DNA of 63,774 bases, the filler included, from Octopus bimaculoides (Eukaryota): NCBI RefSeq assembly GCF_001194135.2. It is 7 parts of 7 records of this genome, joined end to end, with 100 filler letters (N's around TTAATTAATTAA, not from the genome) between each part and the next. Parts side by side here need not be neighbours in the genome. Positions count along the whole stretch, not along the records: positions 50,668 to 58,716 come from NC_069007.1; positions 58,817 to 62,657 come from NC_068986.1; positions 62,758 to 63,774 come from NW_026399264.1; 4 more parts are not named here. One strand, 5' to 3'. The translations under genes and the position numbers were made by a program. The notes beneath the pieces were generated by a model. It saw only the letters and a list, made by a program, of their open reading frames with translations, had not been told where the DNA came from and did not search any database. Positions 55,541-63,774 of the stretch are shown here, one piece after another (the stretch's first letter is position 1; each line of letters begins with the position of its first letter).

Positions 55541-56453
55541 AGTATAGACCCTTGCTTGATTACACTGCGTGACAAAAGTTTTATTTATTTATTTTGTCTC
55601 TGATCAGTAAGTGTTTTTTTTCTAAACTTTGTTTATGTCACCTGGACATCAATGTTTTCAAATTGACCTATTTTCAATTACATTTCAGACAAATTCAGCG
55701 CTGAGTTGTTGAAGCAGAAATATCGTTATAGCAAATATTCTGTTCAAAATCAGATTTGCTTGTCAGATGCTTGACCTTAACCCCTTGAGCATGTCCTTTA
55801 GTGGCTGACGATACATGCATCTCATATGATGAGCAGGAGTAGTTGGGGAGCATCATGGCCATGTGTTGAGAAGGATTCCTTGGGGTCTGAATAAAAGTAA
55901 GAAAAGCAAAGTTTGAAGGAAATATTAACCATTTTTAGACTTTTTAGGGGTAAGCAAATAGGAAAGAACAGTTACTACCCAAGGACACAAACATGTTATA
56001 CTGTGTAATGAATGCTGGATGTTTCCTGGCTAATTTGGAATTCATTTCCCCAATTTGCTGGCGGTTCGATTGGGATGCTACCGTTTCTTCTGGCTGCAGA
56101 AACAAATAATGGATGATTCCTTGATGGTGCCAACAGACAGCAACCCTAACTTTCGGGAGTGTAAAAAGTGCTTTGAAATATGTTCAGCATTTGGCTGTTG
56201 CGAAGATCTTTTATTGTTGTTACAAAGGATCCATTTTTGTTTATCTATGTTTTTTTGTCACAAATGATTATTCTTTTCAAAAATGGTGTCATTTCGTGCA
56301 AAAAAGGAAGGACAAACTGTCAAACGACGCATCTTGTTCGCAGTGCTTAATTAATGCGGAACAAACTTATCCATCTTTTTCATTATAGATCGTTGCAAGA
56401 TGACGTCCTACAGATGATTTCGAAATCTTTAATTCGTTGACAAGAGCTCGAAC

Positions 56454-56763
56454 TGTTGTGGTTGGCACTCCGTCGGTTACGACGATGACGGTTCCAGTTG
56501 ATCCGATCAACGGAACAGCCTGCTCGTGAAATTAACGTGCAAGTGGCTGAGCACTCCACAGACACGTGTACCCTTAACGTAGTTCTCGGGGATATTCAGC
56601 GTGACACAGAGTGTGACAAGGCTGACCCTTTGAAATACAGGCACAACAGAAACAGGAAGAAAGAGTGAGAGAAAGTTGTGGGGAAAGAGTACAGCAGGGT
56701 TCGCCACCATCCCCTGCCGGAGCCTCGTGGAACTTTAGGTGTTTTCGCTCAATAAACACTCAC
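56454..56763 (-). mobile_element. SINE A+T1, 3' part (head in gap)
   Basis: Reverse complement of the T1 tail and A body; runs into N at 56764. Confidence 0.88.
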
Positions 56764-57239
56764 NNNNNNNNNNNNNNNNNNNNNNNNNNNNNNNNNNNNN
56801 NNNNNNNNNNNNNNNNNNNNNNNNNNNNNNNNNNNNNNNNNNNNNNNNNNNNNNNNNNNNNNNNNNNNNNNNNNNNNNNNNNNNNNNNNNNNNNNNNNNN
56901 NNNNNNNNNNNNNNNNNNNNNNNNNNNNNNNNNNNNNNNNNNNNNNNNNNNNNNNNNNNNNNNNNNNNNNNNNNNNNNNNNNNNNNNNNNNNNNNNNNNN
57001 NNNNNNNNNNNNNNNNNNNNNNNNNNNNNNNNNNNNNNNNNNNNNNNNNNNNNNNNNNNNNNNNNNNNNNNNNNNNNNNNNNNNNNNNNNNNNNNNNNNN
57101 NNNNNNNNNNNNNNNNNNNNNNNNNNNNNNNNNNNNNNNNNNNNNNNNNNNNNNNNNNNNTGAATAAAAACTTGCTTATTTAATGCTTTTATAAAACCTT
57201 TTATCATTGTTTTTTTTCTTCTTTTTAAATGTTGATATA

Positions 57240-57440
57240 ATACGCTTTATCGTTGTCCACACGACGAATTTTTCTCACGGCAGATTTTCCTATACGGTGA
57301 AATTTCATCCGGACTCTCTTGCAGCGCAAGTTCTCATCCCAAATGCAACATTAATATCCTCGACAGCTTGAAATGCATTTTTAACGAGTTTAAACTCATA
57401 CAGAAGCAAACGCCTGACTTCTTTTACGGATAGTATTTGC
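57240..57440 (-). mobile_element. Mariner transposase N-terminal (HTH) remnant
   Basis: 57418-57338 reads VRRLLLYEFKLVKNAFQAVEDINVAFG, resembling the Mos1/Hsmar-type first HTH. Confidence 0.62.
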
Positions 57441-58194
57441 AAAAGTAAGAGCATTCAGACCCTCATATAAGCAGCAATAAATTTAAGATTTTCTAAAACT
57501 GAGACAGGAAAAAAGTGCGTAGAAAAGCTTTATGCTTTAAAATTTACCAGTTTGTGCACTCGCATAAGCAACTTTTAAAAAGTGACCTCTTCATGTATGA
57601 CAACCTGATAACTGGTAAGAAGTAAATTTTGTAGATTAGGTCGGTCGTCTGATTTGGGCAGCAAATAAGCGCCTAAATAGGTGAGTTTATAAACAGCTTC
57701 GGTAAAGTCAGCTACAAATCTCCCTTTGTAGCTTCCGTCAACGACATACACTCGCCAGAGTGCAGCACTTTACACTAGACAATGTCTTCTTCGAGTATTC
57801 TATTGATTTGTGACGGAGCAATTTCGATATCAGATGAAATAAAACCTAGGGGATTTTGCGATTAAAGGTTTTAAAAGTGGCGACGGATAAAAGAAAGCTC
57901 TGGTCGGATAGGTTTTTAACGAGGACAGAGAGTAAATCACTAATCTGGTCGGAACAATTCAATTCTACTTTAACAGAAATATTAACTCACAAAAGGAACA
58001 CCAAAGATAACGTTTGTCCAGCAATCAGGTAGTATTTACCTGTGCAGGCGGTCTTTTATTTTTAATCTTAGCTGATTATATTTCGTGACTGATGTCAAAT
58101 TTATGAAAGCAATTTGATATCATGGCGTTATAATCATTCGTCATCATCATTACGTTATGTTCAACCGATTCTCTGTTGCAGGAAACGATATTAC

Positions 58195-58570
58195 TCTTTA
58201 CTCTCTTTTACTCTTTTACTTGTTTCAGTCATTTGACTGAGGCCATGCTGGAGCACCGCCTTTAGTCGAGCAAATCGACCCCAGGACTTATTCTTTGTAA
58301 GCCTAGTACTTATTCTATCGGTCTCTTTTGCCGAACCGCTAATGTTATGGGGACGTAAACACACCAGCATCGGTTGTCAAGTGATGTTGGGGAGGGACAA
58401 ACACAGACACACAAACATATACACACACATATATATACATATATACGACGGGCTTCTTTCAGTTTCTGTCTACCAAATCCACTCACAAGGCTTTGGTCGG
58501 CCCGAGGCTATAGTAGAAGACCTTGCCCAAGATGCCACGCAGAACCATCTGGTTAGTAAGCAAGCTACTT
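58195..58570 (-). mobile_element. SINE family C
   Basis: Reverse complement of the C consensus including the (CTCTTTTA)n tail. Confidence 0.85.
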
Positions 58571-58837
58571 TATTTCATTAATTAGCCATATAGGCTTTAC
58601 ACAGAATGGCCGTAGCTAGGGCTGGACAAAGACAAATGTAGAATGAAAGGATGATACATATGAAAAATGAGAGGGGCGCTGACGCCCACATATCAGAAAC
58701 CCCTTAGTAAGCAAGCNNNNNNNNNNNNNNNNNNNNNNNNNNNNNNNNNNNNNNNNNNNNTTAATTAATTAANNNNNNNNNNNNNNNNNNNNNNNNNNNN
58801 NNNNNNNNNNNNNNNNTATGTATGTATAAATATAGTT

Positions 58838-59090
58838 GTGGAGGCGCAATGGCCCAGTGGTTATGGCAGCGAACGTGCGGTCAGAGAATCGCGGTTTCGA
58901 TTCCTAGATGGGGCGTTGTGAGCAAAAACACCCAAAAACTCCACTAGACTCCGGCAGGGGGTGGTGGCGACCCCTGTTGTACTCTTTCACCCCAACTTTC
59001 TCTCACTCTTTCTTCCTGTTTCTTGAACACATACGCCATAGAAACCGGGAAGCCGGGTCCATGAGCCTGGCTAGGCTTTAGAAGGGCGCA
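58838..59090 (+). mobile_element. Chimeric SINE: head/body A + tail T2
   Basis: A-type head to about 59025, then acatacgccatagaaaccggg...gggcgca followed by (TAGA)n. Confidence 0.82.
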
Positions 59091-59525
59091 TAGATAGATA
59101 GATAAATGTAGTTCAAATTTACAGAAAACAGACGAAGAGAGGTGAGTGGACAACAAACTGTGCGCCGGGAAGAATGGAAAACTCTTTGACGTTTCGAGCC
59201 TACGCTCTTCGAGAGAAAGGGATAAGAGGAACAAAATAGAAAGAAAGCATAAAAACGGAAACAGGAAAATGTGTAGGGATTGACAGTTTAACATATCAAT
59301 GAATGTGTATATGTGTGTGTGTCTATATCTGTGTGTGATGATGTAAATGTAATGTACGGATGGTTTTGACTAGTTTAATACGGGATTGACGTTTTTATTG
59401 CTCACAAGAAAAAAAATAAATATATTAAGTTCTGTGTTTTCAGAACAAGACAATAAAATACGAACAAAATTGATATTTCTTCTAAGGAAATTCTGCTTCA
59501 CTTTATTTTATGATATTCTGTGGTT

Positions 59526-59716
59526 GAAAGGCGGTGAACTAGCAGAAACGTTAGCACGCCGGGCGAAATGTTTAGCGGTATTTCTGTCTTTACGTTTTGA
59601 GTTGAATTCCACAGAGGTCGACTTTGCGTTTCATCCTTTCGGGGTCGATAAATTAAGTACCAGTTCCGTACTGGGGTTGATCTAATTGACTGGTTCTCTC
59701 CCACAAAATTCTGGGC
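59526..59716 (+). mobile_element. SINE family D
   Basis: Collinear with the other D copies. Confidence 0.8.
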
Positions 59717-61629
59717 ATTATTTTCCTACTTACTAGATATGACAGTGGTGAACTTAACGTATAACGTAGTCTTACTTTGACATTCGAACGGTAATTCGCC
59801 AGACGGTAAATATATGAGGTAAGAATCGAGATCTAGGGAGGGTGACGAATGAGCTGCATGATTTCACCAGAGTCCGAACAGATTTATTGTAAGATTGCCG
59901 TGGGGTGGCAAGGATGGAATGGATTATATGAGTAGTTGGTTGATACTCTATTTCTTGTAGAACTTCGTTTCGGATCCGATATTCAGTTAATTAGTTGGCA
60001 GTTCTGTAAATGTTCACTTCTATGTTAAGTTGAAGCCCGTCTTTAAGTTTTTTTTGTTACTGTAAATTTCGGTCTGATAAATTCGTATGTGAAAGGGATC
60101 CAGAGTTGTCTATGACGAGCGGCTTAGTAGTAACGATAAGTGGTCTATTTCCGATGTTTATAGAATATTCATCCTGATTGTGGTAATCAGAAATTGGTGT
60201 GGCACTATTTCTTCTGAATCCAATGCAATTTTGGCTTGCAGTACTCTTCTTATCATGGGTAATTCTATTATGACTATGGTAGAATCGATTAATCACTTTG
60301 GATAAATCTTGCTGTGAAGTGCTTGGAATCTGTCCAAGTTTAAAAAATAGCTCTGAAATCTGGAGATATATTGATCAAGCAATATACGGGAAGTGTTTCA
60401 AAAATTCCTTAATCATAGAATAATGAATGAGAAAGTTTCTGGAATGTTAGAGATGATGCCACATTTCATCCATAGTTTTATGAATCCAGAAACAGTTCTT
60501 CGCTCGTTTCACTGTATAGATTGAGTAATTTAATTATCATAGAAATGTCAGCCTGGCTCAGAGTACTATCGTTATATGAAACATTGTGAAATAGAGTAAT
60601 GAATATATTTTCTAAAAGGACACGCAACACTACAGTTTGGAGATAAAATGGAACGAAAAGCAAGCAGTAAAGGCTTATAGTTACAAACATTTTACTTGTT
60701 TCGGTCGTTTGATTGGGGCCCTGCTGAGGCACGGAATTCTGTTCCTATTGAGTATCAATAGTTGAGATTTAAGATCTATTTTCAGTCAGGAGTGACAACA
60801 GGTTATAAATAACTAGTCATAGCATGTCGTGACCGCTTGTGTTAAATCAACCAATCAGTGTAGCTTAAATATTGTTAGCCATTAAGAGACAGACAAAATT
60901 TTAATAAGGATGTTTTCTTATCTCTTCAAATATCTAATATTTCTGTTTCTTTGTTGTAACCTCTACTGTTTCGGTCTCCCATCTTTACATCAACTCCTTC
61001 ACCACTAATTCTTCGCCATTATCCTAAACGACAGTTTTTTTTTCTACTTCGGTGATACCACATATAAACAGATATCGTTCTTTCCACCTGGAGTGGTTGG
61101 GGAGAAACAAATCCGTCAGATTTTAATTGCCATTACATATGTAGACCAACTGGAGTGCTTATGAATTACACACCGCTTTCTTTTCCTGATATGTAGATGA
61201 CGTCATAATTCTCGTGAAGAATCAATGACCATGTATTAATATATTCTACTACGTCCATAAAGACATAAAGTTTGATATAGAACCTCCTGATGGTGCCGTA
61301 TTTCTATTTCTTTCTTCATTCTCTCTCACTATTTCTCCTACTCTGTCTCCCTCTTCCCATCTTTCTCTCTTTCATTCTCGCTTCAGTTTCCGTCTCCAAA
61401 TCCATCTTTTAATACCAACAAATACAGAAACATTCCTGCAAGTGTTTGTTTGTGTCATACAGATCAATCTTATTTACTAGAGCTAATGATACATAGGAAG
61501 TGGATTGTTAAGTATACACACCAGACGTGATAATTTAGGCAATAGAGCCGTCAACTCTAAGAGGCTCCAAAAGATGCTGGTAAACAATAGCTACCTAGCA
61601 GATAGATGACTGTATAATATAGCACTAAA

Positions 61630-61972
61630 GAAGGCACATGGCTCAGTGGTTAGAACAACGGGCTTACAATCATGAGGTAGTGTATTCGATACCCGGACCA
61701 GGCTCTGTCTTGTGTTCTTGAGCAAGACACTTTATTTCACGTTGCTCCAGTTCACTCAGCTGTAGAAATGAGTTGCGACGTCACTGGTGCCAAGCTGTAT
61801 CGGCCCCTTTGCCTTTCCCTTGGATGACACTGGTGGCGTGGAGAGGGGAGGCCGGTGTGCATGGGCGACTGCTGGTCTTCTATAAACAACCTTCCCCAGA
61901 ATTGTACCTCAGACGGGAACTTTCTAGGTGCAATCCCATGGTCATTCATGACCGAAGGTGAGGGTCTTTACC
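61630..61972 (+). mobile_element. SINE head B + tail T3
   Basis: B head and centre, then ccaagctgtatcgg...gcatgggcgactgctggtcttc...tttctaggtgcaatccc, shared with 7157-7417. Confidence 0.8.
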
Positions 61973-62516
61973 AACATAAAGAAGGATCACCCCAAACAAC
62001 ACTTGCTTTTTACGAACACCACACTTTTTACTGAAATCATAAGTAAGGTTTGGATGTACAACTAACAAACACAGGCCATCTGCCTGAAAAATGTATTGTG
62101 TGGTAGGCAGCCACACATGGCAACATTGTGTGTACGTTATCCAACTGTCCTATTAAGGAATTGGATAAATATTTTATGACTGTTCATCATTTCTTTTAAT
62201 TTTTAATGAAAACCATGTTGAGTGGAGGATGAATATTTGAAACTGAGGACACAGAGTTAAAGCATAAGCAACTTAGAGCTTGTTTAGAGTCAATGGTTTT
62301 CAGGAATACATGCGATTACTATTCATAAGGTACTACTCTGTCCCTGTGCATTGTATATGGTATTACACGAGTATTTCCCAAAAGACGGATATTAAACTAC
62401 GAAGATGTTTTATTAAGTGGAGCTGTGAAAACATTAAAAGGTGCGTAAGTTGCGAGAATAATGAAATATTGTTCTGATGTCTCATGTAGTTATACGCATT
62501 TATTTGTGTAATTCTA

Positions 62517-62553
<37 letters not shown>

Positions 62554-62757
62554 TTATCTGTGTGCCCACGAGCATATTCCTGAAGAGAGAAGCTAGTGCA
62601 CACATTTTTAATAGAGTGAGAATTAACATGCACGGTCAGGAAAAAAATCCATAAACANNNNNNNNNNNNNNNNNNNNNNNNNNNNNNNNNNNNNNNNNNN
62701 NTTAATTAATTAANNNNNNNNNNNNNNNNNNNNNNNNNNNNNNNNNNNNNNNNNNNN

Positions 62758-63389
62758 TCTATTCCAACAAAGAAATCTTTCTCAGGGAGTTGATTTCTAA
62801 CTCTTCTGATGCTCTTGACAAGATCAGATACGAGTCTTTGACTGACCCGTCCAAACTAGACAGTGGCAAGGACTTATACATCAAGATCATCCCCAACAAG
62901 GAGGATAACACATTGACCATTATTGACACTGGTATCGGCATGACCAAGGCTGATATGGTCAACAACCTGGGTACCATTGCTAAGTCTGGTACTAAAGCTT
63001 TCATGGAAGCTCTGCAGTCTGGTGCTGATATTTCCATGATTGGTCAGTTTGGTGTCGGTTTCTATTCTGCTTACTTGGTTGCCGACAAAGTGATTGTTGA
63101 ATCTAAACATAATGATGACGAGCAGCACACCTGGGAGTCGTCTGCTGGTGGTACTTTCACCATTAAAACCTCAACCAGTGAACAACTTGGCCGTGGTACC
63201 AAGATCACTCTGTACCTGAAAGAAGACCAGGCTGAATACTTGGAAGAGAAACGTATCAAAGAAGTGGTGAAGAAACACAGTCAGTTCATTGGTTATCCCA
63301 TCAAACTGCTTGTTGAGAAGGAACGTAGCAAGGAAGTGTCTGATGATGAAGAGGAAGAAGAAAAGAAAGAAGACAAAGAAGAGGAGGGT
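62758..63389 (+). CDS. HSP90A: Cytosolic Hsp90, N-terminal ATPase domain exon (5' end lost in assembly gap)
   Basis: Frame from 62760: [34 protein letters not shown]...[19 protein letters not shown]...[15 protein letters not shown]...[12 protein letters not shown]...EVSDDEEEE. Contains Hsp90 family signatures; ends GGT|gtaagt. Confidence 0.97.
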
Positions 63390-63490
63390 GTAAGTAATAT
63401 TTCTGGTTATTGTAGAGTTATTACCTTATTGGTGTCTAATTGTTAATGTGGTAGCAGTGTGACATCTGACTTTTCTATTGTCCTTAGCAG

Positions 63491-63700
63491 GAAGACAAGA
63501 TTAAGATTGAAGATGTAGAAGATGAAGAGACGTCAAAAGGCAAGAAAAAGAAGAGCATCAAAGAAAAATACTTTGAAGATGAAGAATTGAACAAAACTAA
63601 ACCCATCTGGAGTAGGAACCCTGATGATATTAAAAATGAAGAGTATGGGGAATTCTACAAGTCGTTGACCAACGATTGGGAGGAACATCTTGCTGTTAAG
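63491..63700 (+). CDS. HSP90A: Cytosolic Hsp90, charged linker / start of middle domain exon
   Basis: Acceptor tccttagcag|GAA. 210 nt: [70 protein letters not shown], then donor |gtgagt. The gene continues past the window end. Confidence 0.96.
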
Positions 63701-63774
63701 GTGAGTTGATTCATTTGGTTGAAACTATTTTCATTCAAATGGCTTTACATTGAATGAATAGATTGTTTTTATTT

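Noticed and set aside
59186-59219. Hammerhead-like motif on minus (CTCGAAGAGCGTAGGCTCGAAACGTC)
   Set aside because: The stem II and GAAAC part resemble Penelope-associated hammerheads, but the CUGANGA core is broken and I found no stem III partner or cleavage triplet. At most a dead remnant.
62759-63259. Antisense ORFs over Hsp90
   Set aside because: Shadow ORFs caused by codon bias of the sense gene.

Overview
AT-rich, microsatellite- and SINE-dense animal genomic DNA with many N-gaps. The repeat families and the repeat landscape suggest a cephalopod, probably Octopus; this is an inference and no database search was run. Two protein-coding genes are supported, both on the + strand. (1) An alpha-tubulin: exon 31803-32025 plus exon 33769-34895, 450 aa including the initiator Met, whose one-codon exon was not confidently located. 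It is a divergent isotype lacking the luminal lysines K40 and K370. (2) The 5' coding part of a cytosolic Hsp90: exons 62758-63389 and 63491-63700, running off the window end. The rest is mostly mobile-element debris: more than 25 tRNA-derived SINE copies built from interchangeable head/body and tail modules, three Tc1/mariner-superfamily remnants (one DD37D/maT-like), RTE- and Tx1-like LINE fragments, and a hAT MITE with an 8-bp TSD. Six N44-TTAATTAATTAA-N44 blocks are artificial assembly spacers, so distances across them are unreliable. The most notable observations are the remodelled luminal loops of the tubulin, inverted microsatellites bracketing tubulin exon 2, a palindromic CTGTCATGACAG array behind the tubulin stop codon, SINE module shuffling, several isolated hairpins (one pre-miRNA-like with a miR-29-type seed), and a NAGNAG acceptor in Hsp90. 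No clearly novel multi-gene system could be demonstrated from sequence alone.
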